Notes under the pieces: model-generated
Database searches by the model: none
What the model was told of the DNA's origin: nothing
What the model saw: the letters and a program-made list of their open reading frames with translations, nothing else
Assembly: GCA_965197525.1 (NCBI GenBank)
Contig: OZ240211.1
Coordinates: 544,001-608,000 of the forward strand
Direction of reading: 5' to 3'
DNA from: Nitrosopumilus sp.
GTDB taxonomy: Archaea; Thermoproteota; Nitrososphaeria; Nitrososphaerales; Nitrosopumilaceae
DNA length: 64,000 nucleotides
Program-made: the position numbers and the translations under genes
Part shown: positions 39,857 through 50,007 of the stretch, piece after piece
How positions within the stretch are numbered: position 1 is the first letter of the stretch
Layout: each line of letters opens with the position of its first letter

Positions 39857-40828
39857 ATGCAAAAAAGAGATTGGATTCTATGGACGATAGTCGCAGGTAT
39901 ATTCATATCTCTGTCATTGCCAATAATATTACCAGACGTAAACGAATTTACAACTGTAGTAATTGCACCTGTAGCAGCTGGAGTCATGATGCTTATTTTT
40001 AAGCAGTATTTTTTTGACGGCATACCATATAGTACGAAAGAAGAACACACGAAAAATATTTGTAAAGTCTACATGTTACTTACACGTGTTGGAATTAAAC
40101 AAGGTAGGCGGAACGATTCACTATGGAAACGTTTTCTAAGGTTTCCAACAGAATATAAACCAGTGGCGGGCCAGATTGTGGAAGAATTATTAGATGGTGT
40201 GCATGTTGAGCAAATATATGAAGATCAACTAGGAGATCATCCTGCTTATCTTCACTATGACTCTGCATTAGAACATCTTAAGAAGCATAGGAAATACAAG
40301 CCTATCTACAAGCATTGGGAAAACACAAAAACCATGTTGGACGAACTCAACAGCAAAACTGGTATTGAGGAAAGGCTTGAAGGCGTAATAAAGGAAAAAA
40401 TGCATCGCTACTTTCCTGCCCTGCAAAGTTTCGCACTAGGAAAAAAATCTTCAGATTTTTACGACATGGATTATATCGTGAAATTTATGATGAAATATTT
40501 CAATAATCTAGACGGCTTTTCAAGACATGCTTTGGACTCTTTGGTTTGTAATAAATCAGGCAGAAACAAATTCGTTTATTCGCAGTGGTATGTTGACAAT
40601 CCTCACATCACCGTGAACTCTGACAGTAAGATAGATTTTAAGACATACAAAAAGTTAGTGAAAGAGATGCAAGAAGATGATTCACTGAATGATTTTTACA
40701 ATGAGTATGAAAATGAACGCTGTAATATCATAAAAGAATTGACTTACTTTCAAGATGAATTAGAAGAACTTGTAAAAGATCTAAAAAGAGGGAAACTGAT
40801 AGAAGGTAAATGCGATGTGGGGTTTTGA
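39857..40828 (+). CDS. Membrane-anchored hypothetical cargo protein
   Basis: Two N-terminal TM segments; no recognised motif. Confidence 0.7.
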   Translation: MQKRDWILWTIVAGIFISLSLPIILPDVNEFTTVVIAPVAAGVMMLIFKQYFFDGIPYSTKEEHTKNICKVYMLLTRVGIKQGRRNDSLWKRFLRFPTEYKPVAGQIVEELLDGVHVEQIYEDQLGDHPAYLHYDSALEHLKKHRKYKPIYKHWENTKTMLDELNSKTGIEERLEGVIKEKMHRYFPALQSFALGKKSSDFYDMDYIVKFMMKYFNNLDGFSRHALDSLVCNKSGRNKFVYSQWYVDNPHITVNSDSKIDFKTYKKLVKEMQEDDSLNDFYNEYENERCNIIKELTYFQDELEELVKDLKRGKLIEGKCDVGF

Positions 40829-40839
40829 TCTCTATCAAC

Positions 40840-41989
40840 TTATTGAGGGATAAGCGAGGCGAAATTTTCCCTATAAAGCGAAGCGTTCTGAATGATAGTT
40901 TTCCATTTATTGTCGCCCTTGATGTCGATTCCTGCTCTAAGAGCTGGCGTATCTCCATCCAAACTCATGTGGGGTCTTATGTAGTTATGATATAATTTGA
41001 TGCCGTCTATTGCAGGAGAATCATCTTTTTTGAGTCCACGAAACACTTTCTCACGGTCTCTGAACTCCCCGTTTAGCCTTTCCTGTATGTTGTTGTTTGC
41101 TACTTGGTTTTTGAAATGTACCTCTTTGATGTGTTTGCTTGGCTTGTGTAAAAAATTCTTTGGTGCAAACTCTTTTTTGAAAGCGTCATTATACGCTGGT
41201 AGACCATCCGTTACAAAAACACTTGGAGTTTTCTTTGTTACATCTTTACCCATCTTTAACAAACTTTGTGCATCATGTTTGAACTTGCTATCAGCTACCT
41301 CTTGAGCAATCCAAAATCTTGTCTCGTTATCCATCATGGCAAACAAATATTTGCGATCTCCTTTGACTTTGAGCCATACCTCATCTGCGTGCCATTTCTC
41401 ACCTACTTGCGGTGTAATAGTGGACAAGTAATTATCCATAAGTTTGGTGTATTTTTTTACCCAGTTGTATATTGAGATATGGCTCATGTTGACACCTTGT
41501 AACTTTAGAAATTTTTGTACTCCTCTAATGGATTCGCCTGTAAAGTACAGTTGCATGGCACTTGTAATAACCTGGGGTGAGGCGTGCATCTTTTCAAATC
41601 CAAGATTGAATGAAAAATATTTTTTGCATTTCATACATTGGTATTTCTGTATAGAGTGGGTCTTGTTCTTTCTGATGCCTTTCTTTTTGATGTCTTCTGA
41701 CTTGCAGAACTGGCAACATGTAACTGTAATCTCATCAACTACTGTAATATTCTGTCTTACCTCTTCTCTAATCTTAAGACTAATTTCAACTGCGTGTATA
41801 TGTTTACAACATACTTTACAGAACTGATGATCTGGACACTGACATGTCCAACCTGCCTCTGTGGATACTATCTCATAGGTATTCTCTGATGACTGTGATT
41901 TTACAAAGTAACGGCTATCATCAACCCTTTCTATCTGGTTTTGTCTCTCTGCTATGATTTGACCTCTAGCCTGTCTTCGATTCGTACAT
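40840..41989 (-). pseudogene. SWIM Zn finger + Zn ribbon + IS6/IS240-type DDE transposase with a +1 frameshift near the start
   Basis: Frame is open upstream of 41634 (CQCPDH..CCKHIHAV; CQFC..CMKC); WHADEVW, VTDGLPAY, NNIQERLN, YHNYIRPH; ATG at 41989 is out of frame by one base (span 1150 bp). Confidence 0.85.
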
Positions 41990-42039
41990 TATAGGCATAT
42001 TAATGCCTATATAACTTATGCCCTTTAATATAGGCATAA
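41990..42039. promoter_or_regulatory. Paired palindromic operator-like sites in a divergent promoter
   Basis: TATAGGCAT-N4-ATGCCTATA (41990-42011) and TTATGCC-N10-GGCATAA (42016-42039). Confidence 0.55.
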
Positions 42040-42063
42040 ATATAACAGGTCATAATACCTAGT

Positions 42064-42237
42064 ATGAAAAACCTAGTAAAGTATTCAAATGTTGTAATTG
42101 CAAACAAGAACCAGACGGTACGGTGTACGATTCCCAAGGACATTGCAGAGATGCTAGATATAACCACTGACAACAGAATAAAATGGACTTTGGAAATTAA
42201 AACTGGTCAGATAGTATTAGAGCTTGTAAAGGAATAA
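42064..42237 (+). CDS. AbrB/SpoVT-like DNA-binding protein (57 aa, below ORF-track cutoff)
   Basis: VRCTIPKDIAEMLDITTDNRIKW matches the AbrB-like xTIPKxIxxxLxIxxGDxxxW pattern. Confidence 0.75.
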   Translation: MKNLVKYSNVVIANKNQTVRCTIPKDIAEMLDITTDNRIKWTLEIKTGQIVLELVKE

Positions 42238-42247
42238 TCATGATAAG

Positions 42248-42508
42248 TCATGGGATTGATGAGGGCTTGCAGTATTCACAATCACGGGGTGGGTTTTCAT
42301 ACCCATATTTTTCAGCTAAACACTCTGCTATCTTGTAGACCTTTTGAAGGGTTGATGCAGTATGCCAATCTGAATTTTTAGCTGTAGGTTGTTTTCTGCG
42401 TGTATAGTAAGGACACGTTCTTTTATGAATCTTGATATCTCCAACTTTTGGTTTGTTGCGATAAACTGCAAATCCATCTAAATTATGATTCAATATCACT
42501 GAATTCAA
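42248..42508 (-). CDS. Small Cys/His-containing hypothetical cargo protein
   Basis: HKRTC..CEYC. Confidence 0.55.
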   Translation of the reverse strand: MNSVILNHNLDGFAVYRNKPKVGDIKIHKRTCPYYTRRKQPTAKNSDWHTASTLQKVYKIAECLAEKYGYENPPRDCEYCKPSSIP

Positions 42509-42712
42509 TTACGGTTAATATATAATCGTAGTTATTGTAGAAAAAAGGATTTGATCGGTCAAGGGATTTGATCTGTTCAGCATCTACACTGAATTTTTAA
42601 ATAATTGGTACATTTTTTTGATTTATGCTTCCTAATCAAGAAAAAGAACCTGAAACGTAAACGTTTACACTTCCTTTTTCAATAAAATAAATGTTAAATA
42701 CAGTTTCGTTAG

Positions 42713-44140
42713 TGTATTGTCCTGAAAGTAGTTCACCCCTCACATCAGGCTCATAACCTAGGTGGGCGCGTTCCATGACCGATTTTTTCAGCGGCATGGC
42801 ATCCCATGTAAAATCTATGAAAGACACAGCCAACTTGTCCATTACTGGAAACAGTGGTGTGTGGGTCCGCAGATGGAGACGCTCTACTGTGTGGCGTTAT
42901 ATAGGAAGACGGAGAGTACGAGTAATGAAAAAACTTGATCAAGCCAAAGTGGAATGGATTATCAAAGAAAAGCGTAAAGATACTGCAAATAACAAAGAGA
43001 TTGCAGCAAAGATGAACGTCTCTGTCAGATGGGTTCAAAAGCTGCACAAGAGATACAAAGATGCAGACAAGATAGTATATCCTGTCCCAATGGGAAGACC
43101 AAAAAAGAGTGCACCCGGACGACTAGAACACTCTGTGATTCTCTCAGCAATATCAAACGAGATTCGAGGAGCTGCAACCTTGGAGCGCGTCATAAGATCA
43201 TCTGTAGGAATGTATATTGCGCACAACTTTATACACAAAGTATTGAAAGATGCAGATTATGTAGATGCCAGTACAAACAAGGGCAAGAGGCGCAAGTGGG
43301 TTAGGTGGGAACGAGATTACTCCAATTCCCTGTGGCATACTGATTTCAAACATCTTGACGATGGCAGATGGTTCCTGTGTTACCAGGATGACGCTTCACG
43401 TTTTGTGACTGGTTTTGGGGTATTTGCAGAGGCAACCACAGAAAACGCCCTAAAGGTACTTGATGAGGCCATAAAAAATCACGGCAAACCAGCATCAATC
43501 CTGACAGATCGTGGTACCCAGTTCTATGCCACAGAGTCTGAGGTCAAGAAGAAGGGAGTCTCCAAATTTGAACAAAGACTGGTGGAACTTGACATCAAAC
43601 ACATATTGGCACGTGTACGACATCCACAGACAAATGGCAAACTAGAACGCCTGCACGGAGAGATACAGCGCAAACTAGGCCACTTTGAAGGTGCTTCAGC
43701 TGGCAAGACTCGACGTGATACCTCAGAGAACTCTAGCGTGGGAGGACCGTTTTACACCGCATCTGCAAAGGATCCCGTGGAACGGTTCATGGAATGGTAC
43801 AACTACAACAGGCCGCATATGTCACTTGACTGGGACAATCTAGAGACTCCGGTACAGGCATTTAAGAGAAAGATGCCGCCTGCTGGCAAGACGGTGACAG
43901 ATAGTCAAACAGGTCAAAAGTACAGTGTAGAGTAACATTATGACATTAAAACGGATGTTTTATTCTTAGTGGACACTACATAATTTTTTGAATAGTTGTC
44001 ATGCGTGGAGTGGAAATGAATAAAATTCATGAATTGTACAGCAGAATTTAGCGCAAGAGAGTTATACATCACTCTAGAACATCATACATGCAAACATCTC
44101 CAAGTTTTGAAGAGGGGCGAACTACTTTTGGGATCCCACA
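42713..44140 (+). mobile_element. IS481-family insertion sequence nested in the cargo transposon
   Basis: 29-bp imperfect TGT-starting TIRs; 14-bp TSD TACAGTTTCGTTAG at 42699-42712 and 44141-44154. Confidence 0.9.
42925..43935 (+). CDS. IS481-family DDE transposase
   Basis: LWHTDFK, ILTDRGTQF, HPQTNGKLER, YNYNRPHMSL; N-terminal HTH. Confidence 0.92.
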   Translation: MKKLDQAKVEWIIKEKRKDTANNKEIAAKMNVSVRWVQKLHKRYKDADKIVYPVPMGRPKKSAPGRLEHSVILSAISNEIRGAATLERVIRSSVGMYIAHNFIHKVLKDADYVDASTNKGKRRKWVRWERDYSNSLWHTDFKHLDDGRWFLCYQDDASRFVTGFGVFAEATTENALKVLDEAIKNHGKPASILTDRGTQFYATESEVKKKGVSKFEQRLVELDIKHILARVRHPQTNGKLERLHGEIQRKLGHFEGASAGKTRRDTSENSSVGGPFYTASAKDPVERFMEWYNYNRPHMSLDWDNLETPVQAFKRKMPPAGKTVTDSQTGQKYSVE

Positions 44141-44168
44141 TACAGTTTCGTTAGACTAATGACAAAGT

Positions 44169-44735
44169 ATGTCAGAACCGCCAAAAAACTCAAAGGCTTG
44201 GTATCTCTTACCAGTGTTTCTATTTGCTCTAGGCGGAGTAATTATGTTTTTGGTATTACGTAAAAAGAACTCACAGATGGCGAAACAGGGCCTTATTCTA
44301 GGAGTTACCATATCAGTGGTTTGGTTTTTGGCTCCAATTCTTAGCGGAGCAGCATCACCTCTATGGTTTCTGGAAGATATAGAAGAATATGAATACGAAT
44401 CTAATAATTTTGAAAAGTCTCCAGATAAGCAGAAGCTTGAGATAGATAAGCAGAAGCTTGAGATAGATAAGCAGAAGCTTGAGGCAGAGTTAGCAAAACT
44501 TGAGGTAGTGAAGCAGATGCTTGAGGCAGAGAATTCTGATAGGATAGTGTCTAATGATCAATGTTCATTATTTTGTGATTCAAACAACTATGAACCAGTT
44601 TGGGCCAAGTCTATGGGTAAATATCAAGCTACGAGTAAATGTCAATCTATAGTCATTGAGAACTTTCAATCTAAAGACGGAAAATGGTGTATTGAATTAC
44701 TAGGCAAAATTCTAGATGATCAATATGCACCGTAA
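44169..44735 (+). CDS. Membrane protein with 21-bp coiled-coil repeats (DKQKLEI)
   Basis: AWYLLP..GG TM hairpin; repeats at about 44424-44483. Confidence 0.7.
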   Translation: MSEPPKNSKAWYLLPVFLFALGGVIMFLVLRKKNSQMAKQGLILGVTISVVWFLAPILSGAASPLWFLEDIEEYEYESNNFEKSPDKQKLEIDKQKLEIDKQKLEAELAKLEVVKQMLEAENSDRIVSNDQCSLFCDSNNYEPVWAKSMGKYQATSKCQSIVIENFQSKDGKWCIELLGKILDDQYAP

Positions 44736-44743
44736 TACGGTAT

Positions 44744-44821
44744 CTATACCTCAAGTTTTGCTAACTCTGTCTCAAGCTTCTGCTTCTCTTGCCATTCTAC
44801 CTCTTTCTTCTCTAGTTGTCT
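44744..44821 (-). pseudogene. Inverted paralog fragment abutting the right TIR
   Basis: RQLEKKEVEWQEKQKLETELAKLEV*; 38/39 nt match to 44469-44507. Confidence 0.65.
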
Positions 44822-45068
44822 AGGTGACGACAGTTAACAGCAAGAGTCAGGTGACGGTAAGTTAACAGAACCCATCTAACAATATGTTAATATGCTATAG
44901 TATATAACATATCTATATCATGAATGAAAGAACATTTCAACAACAATGGGGAGAAAGACATGATGCTGTAGTGAAAAAGTATGAAGACAAAAAGAGAGAT
45001 GGAACCATGAGAAAAATAGTGGTTGTGGACATAGAGGATTAGGCTATCACTCTAAATTTTTATTCAAG

Positions 45069-45389
45069 ATGTTGATGATTATGAAATATTGGAGAGTCAG
45101 TTATGGAGTTGATTTTATCAAACAGACATCCATACTTGTTGTCAGCACACAAGCCAAAATCCATAATGCAGTATCAAAGGTGGCAAACCATGAAGATCCT
45201 CGAGATGCTGGACGCTATGTTGATTGCGGAAGAGATGGTGGTGGTGCTGACTGTCATTACATAGCTCAAATTTATGCGGGATTAGCATTTGAATTCATCT
45301 ATGAAATAAATGAAAAGGACAAAGAATTGACATATATTGATTGCCATGAACTTGATTTTCTCAAACATGGTCAGGAACAAAATATTTGA
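45069..45389 (+). CDS. Hypothetical protein, possibly RelE/ParE-like
   Basis: WRVSYGVDFIKQ..YEINEKDKEL layout resembles the RelE fold; weak. Confidence 0.35.
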   Translation: MLMIMKYWRVSYGVDFIKQTSILVVSTQAKIHNAVSKVANHEDPRDAGRYVDCGRDGGGADCHYIAQIYAGLAFEFIYEINEKDKELTYIDCHELDFLKHGQEQNI

Positions 45390-46236
45390 TAAATTCATGT
45401 CCCATATTTTTTATGAATTCTTCTGAAAAGTTTCATGTTAGTTAATGCGTTGTGGGGTTAGTGAGAATTATTTGTGATCTATTTTGATATATCCAAGTTT
45501 TGTATTCTCATATAATCCAAGTATAATCCTGTGATCCGATAAATCAGTCATATACTTGCATGTCTAATTCTTTTAGATGAGATTAATTTTAGATTGATCT
45601 TTGATATGCCAGAGTATTTTGAAACTACCACGCAGTATGGCGGATTGATTCCAGAATTACATATGCAGAGTATATTTGGGCAGTCAATTATATGGAATAC
45701 AAGCATGTTATCCCAACATGCTCTTCATTATCATTAGTTCAGTCAAGCAACCACATGGAGAACTATATCAAAGAACTAGATGAGATAGATTGAATGGAGG
45801 ATAAAAACCAACATAGGATCAATGTGCCTACCACTCTAAGATTGCACAGACCCTGTTTTAGATATTAACGCATGAGTTCTGCCATCTCTATAGAAAAGAA
45901 GAAGAATCCAATACCGCCTCCAATGATGGCAATCCAGGCGGCAACTTGTTTGAGTTTAGTCATGATATAGTTAATTACAGAGTTTGATGTTGGTTTTGTA
46001 ATAATTAATTGTAAAAGATAATGAACTGTTTTGATGCATACATCTATGATATTTGCGGATTTTTTAAATGTTTCTCAAAAAAATTTTTGACGATTGATAT
46101 GAAGTATATTTATAAAAAAATTATGCCTTTTATTTTTACACTGTTCAAAATTCGGGACTTTGCAACGAATGTTAACTTGGGTGCTTTTTTTGCCAAGCGC
46201 GGTAATGGAATTATTAGGTTCATCTGGAATTTTAAT

Positions 46237-47526
46237 TTACCCGACAACGTAGGCTAAGTTAGGAACTGTTTGTCCATAAGCCGAAGGCAAAATCCAATTA
46301 AAGACAGGCATAAAGGATTGTGTATTAGGTCGGTATTGAGGATATGCTTTAAAGAATTTCTCAATGTATGCATCATCCAATCCTAATCTTGGCATGAGTT
46401 CTACCGGATCCGTGTTTATGAACGGTTCAGTCTCCAACGATTCTGCTATCCATTCAAAGGGGACTGTAGAGTATGTATCGTTTATGGATCTTTGGTTTCT
46501 AGACTCGATTTCAGTATGATTGATAGGAGGCATAATATAATAAAACGTATGCTCGGTTTCATATGGAATAAACTGTCTATTTGGATCGGATTCATCTCTA
46601 GTTTCAATACTGGATCTTGTAGGTTCATGTTCTGATAAAGTTACATACCCGTCACTAATGGATGTGAAGATTGTACTAACTGGACGCGATGTTGAATCTC
46701 TAGCATATATCTGAAAATTACCGAAATCATATTTGTAATAATCATCATTATCAGGATCATATATATCACTCATCCTGTACACGATAGGCTCTGAGATGGT
46801 CATCTGAAAAGTTACTGATGGATCATCGATCTCAGGATTAATGTGAACGCCATGGTAGTATATGTTGTAAGGCGGATAGAATCCAGTTTCTATACGAGTA
46901 CTATTACTTTGAATTGTACTGTTACCTGATAGTTCATAATTATAAGGCGTTCCTATGCCAAAACTCTTGTACCGACACCCTTTTGCACCATTCCATATCT
47001 CATCAACACTCATAAAATTAGTTCCATGATGTTCGTTAAAGTCATCTATCTCTTCTTGCGTCAATTCAAAAGAGGATGTGATTGTGGCATTAAATGATTC
47101 ACCAACCTTTGCTGTATTTGGAACCTGTATGGAAAAAGCACTTGGTAAGTTGCAATATGGGGCAGTATTAGGCACATAAACATTGCCAATTCCAGTAATG
47201 TTGTTAATCTGATTTGAAGACTGTTGTGAATGGATTATAATTGGGGTTGGATCGTTTACATCAGGTGTTGTTGCACCTGCCATGTGAACTATATTCCATC
47301 CACGTTCTTGTATATTCTGGGACGAGTCTACAAAGAAACATGCCAACGTACCAGAGGGCGACTGCATTAGTATCCTATCATCACGGCATTGTATCTCTTC
47401 AATCGGCACTCCTGATTCAAATTGTGCATTTGGGGATTGTATGTCATTGGTATTTGCAAGTGCGGGAGTCACACCTACACTGAGTATCAGAATTACCATC
47501 ATGGTAATCTGGGGTGTAGATGTCAT
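46237..47526 (-). CDS. Secreted/surface protein with N-terminal thaumarchaeal two-Cys module; possibly truncated
   Basis: Signal peptide; SPNAQFESGVPIEEIQC..LAC; ends shortly after ILPSAYGQ. Confidence 0.7.
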   Translation of the reverse strand: MTSTPQITMMVILILSVGVTPALANTNDIQSPNAQFESGVPIEEIQCRDDRILMQSPSGTLACFFVDSSQNIQERGWNIVHMAGATTPDVNDPTPIIIHSQQSSNQINNITGIGNVYVPNTAPYCNLPSAFSIQVPNTAKVGESFNATITSSFELTQEEIDDFNEHHGTNFMSVDEIWNGAKGCRYKSFGIGTPYNYELSGNSTIQSNSTRIETGFYPPYNIYYHGVHINPEIDDPSVTFQMTISEPIVYRMSDIYDPDNDDYYKYDFGNFQIYARDSTSRPVSTIFTSISDGYVTLSEHEPTRSSIETRDESDPNRQFIPYETEHTFYYIMPPINHTEIESRNQRSINDTYSTVPFEWIAESLETEPFINTDPVELMPRLGLDDAYIEKFFKAYPQYRPNTQSFMPVFNWILPSAYGQTVPNLAYVVG

Positions 47527-47867
47527 GTTAGATTAAAGACAATATATCGTATAATACTAGTGACACTAGTCCAAATACAAGTTTATCGATGTACTCTGTC
47601 AGATAACTCTGCCTCCTAATCCAATACAAGTAGGCAATGGCGGCGGTTTTGATCTACATATACAGTATCAGTCATTGTATACAGTCAAATCTGTGCTTGC
47701 GTTGATATATTTTTCAGAGTCAAGATTTTCCAAAATCTGTATAATGTACTATAATTATGATTGATGATTTGTAACTTTAACACTGGATTTATCAGTAGTT
47801 TGAAAAGCGCCTAAGTTAGCAGGTAGCGAAAAGTCACAAATTTGACAAACAAAACAACCTAAGTTAA

Positions 47868-49635
47868 CAGGGTGTTGAAAAACGCCGAAGATTTAGCAGT
47901 ATATTTTTTGAGTACTTTGCACATAGAACATCTGACATCATATCTGCAAAGCTACGCAGGCAGCATGTCAGAATCTCCCAAACGGTAGATACTATTCTGC
48001 CCTGTTTACATTGCCATTCTTGGTGTAATGGAGCCGAAAAATGCTACATAATAGGATCAGATTTGATATGTTCCACCCTTGACATACCATTGATTACAAG
48101 GCTATCATTGTATCTGTCTGTGCCTGTGAGTGGGATCATGTGTTTGTATGGGGCCTGCATACAGTAGATTCGTTCTTGCACACATATAACAGGACTAGAC
48201 AACATCTAGATTTTTGATTCAAAATCAACGAGAGATTGGATCACAATTTGCGTGTCGTTCAATGTACAGAAGACACGGCAGGAACACAGAGATGGAAAAA
48301 ATAACTACAACCAGCAACTGCGCGTACATGTCGGGTACACATACCACTAGGTCAGGATGCGTCTGACAGCAGACGCCCCCCGGTTATCTCCTAAACATTG
48401 ACATGTCCGGCATCGGGTTGCTTACCCTGATGTAGTCCTTGACAGATAGTGTCTGATCCGCCCCTACAATCATGGTAAGTCGGGTGGTGCCAATATAGGC
48501 CCTGTGTTGATCTGCTTCATATAGTGCGCCGCCGCCTGCAACCCATGCAGACCCCTCAGATACAGCCCTGACCGTGGCAGACATCGCATCGATCTGGTTT
48601 TGTTCAAGCGGTATGAACGGTTCGGTGTACTCGTAAAAAGTTACCTTCTCGCGTCTGTTGGTGTGTGTGAACGTTCTCTTCGTCCACGCCCACGAACTCA
48701 AAGTTTGGTGAAATCCTGATGCTCTTCAGCACATTTGAGGGGATGTTGCTGTACTCGTGTAAATGTGTGTATCTCATGGTAATCTCGGCAGTTTTCCCTA
48801 TCTTGGGCATGTTCGACAGGATGACTTCTGCCTCAGAGTATGTCTCTCCGTTGATGACTCTCGTATGTTTTGAGGACTGCTGGGGGTCATAGACTACATG
48901 TCTGCTTGGCCCGTCTGACTGATACTCCCTCATGTCAAAGATGTCCCAGACCTTCTTTTCTGCGGTAGACGGCTTGACGCATGCAAGCCTGTCGCTCTCA
49001 CGCAGTACTAGGACATGGTCTGGATTGGAGCATGGGTTGTCTTTGGGAGGAGGAAATCCGTAAATCCTTTCAAAATGGTCAAAAAAATCGTCGGGGAGCG
49101 TCCAGTATCCTCCGTCATTTACCTTTGATGTCCCTATGCCGCATGCGCCGTGAGATATTATGTTCCCGTTACTGTCGGTAATGTAAAAAACCTCGGAACC
49201 CAGCGTGTAGTGATCCGCGCCTTCCGTATAAAATCCATTCTGGCGATCCGTCTCCGGCGGGACATGGTACTGCCACGACGTGTGTTGTGGGTAGCCCTTT
49301 AGGACGTGTTCCAGCTCAAAATCGATTCTGACACTGCGTTCCACATCCACATCAGCTGTACCGTCACCGCCCTGCGAGCGGTCAGGTTGCTGTGGGGTTA
49401 CTGCCACGACTTTGCCTGTGTAGATGTTATCGGATGCAAGCCATGTCATGTCAAGATCGTGTATAGCACAGGGTACAGTCGCATCGACCTGTCCGGAGGT
49501 CATCATCAGGATTACAACAGCAAATATTCCAGACAGCAAGAGAGGTATCTTCAACGCCTAAGATAAGGAAGGCAAGATAATGAAGGTTACTGCTGCAAGT
49601 ACACTGTTCAATATTCGGGGTTTTTCAGAAGACTG
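47868..49635. mobile_element. Possible non-autonomous element carrying a GC-rich gene
   Basis: Imperfect 26-bp IR (20/26) CAGGGTGTTGAAAAACGCCGAAGATT / CAGTCTTCTGAAAAACCCCGAATATT; GC step; TSD unconvincing. Confidence 0.4.
48384..49554 (-). pseudogene. Secreted protein gene split by a frameshift (ORFs 48604-49554 and 48384-48701)
   Basis: Signal peptide; overlapping ORFs switch frame near a (CA)n run at about 48661-48670. Confidence 0.6.
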
Positions 49636-50007
49636 TAAAGTTAGGGAGATAATTATTGCATGTTTCCAGATTTTTTCATATTGTTAAAAATTCAGGTAAT
49701 AATGTTGTCATTTTACACTTAAAAATTCAGGAGATTGCAAGTTATTGTTAAATTGGAGAATTATACTATTTAATCTATGAGAGTATGCAGAGAGAGTTAT
49801 AATCGGATAGGTACAATATAGTATATGGCAGATATCAAGGATATAGGAAGATTCTTTGTGTTTATTGTTGGAGGAATCGTGGCCATAATAGTTGGGGCTT
49901 TTATGATTAGAGGCACTATGCATCTGTGGGACAACAAACCAAAGAGAAAAAACAATTCAGAGAAAGAAGAAAAAGACAAGTAATAGTGCTACTCAGATTA
50001 TACAATT

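Larger units (their letters stand above)
39727..44872. mobile_element. IS6-type cargo transposon (5146 bp)
   Basis: Perfect 26-bp TIR GGTTCTGTTAACTTACCGTCACCTGA at 39727-39752 and 44847-44872, plus a second internal site (39760-39777 / 44822-44839, 17/18); no TSD. Confidence 0.85.

Noticed and set aside
42775-42924. N-terminal extension of the IS481 transposase in the ORF track
   Set aside because: Low-quality sequence upstream of the HTH start MKKLDQAK at 42925; probably an open frame by chance
39727-44872. Casposon or provirus
   Set aside because: No Cas1-like integrase, family B polymerase, capsid or tyrosine recombinase; the transposase is IS6-type DDE
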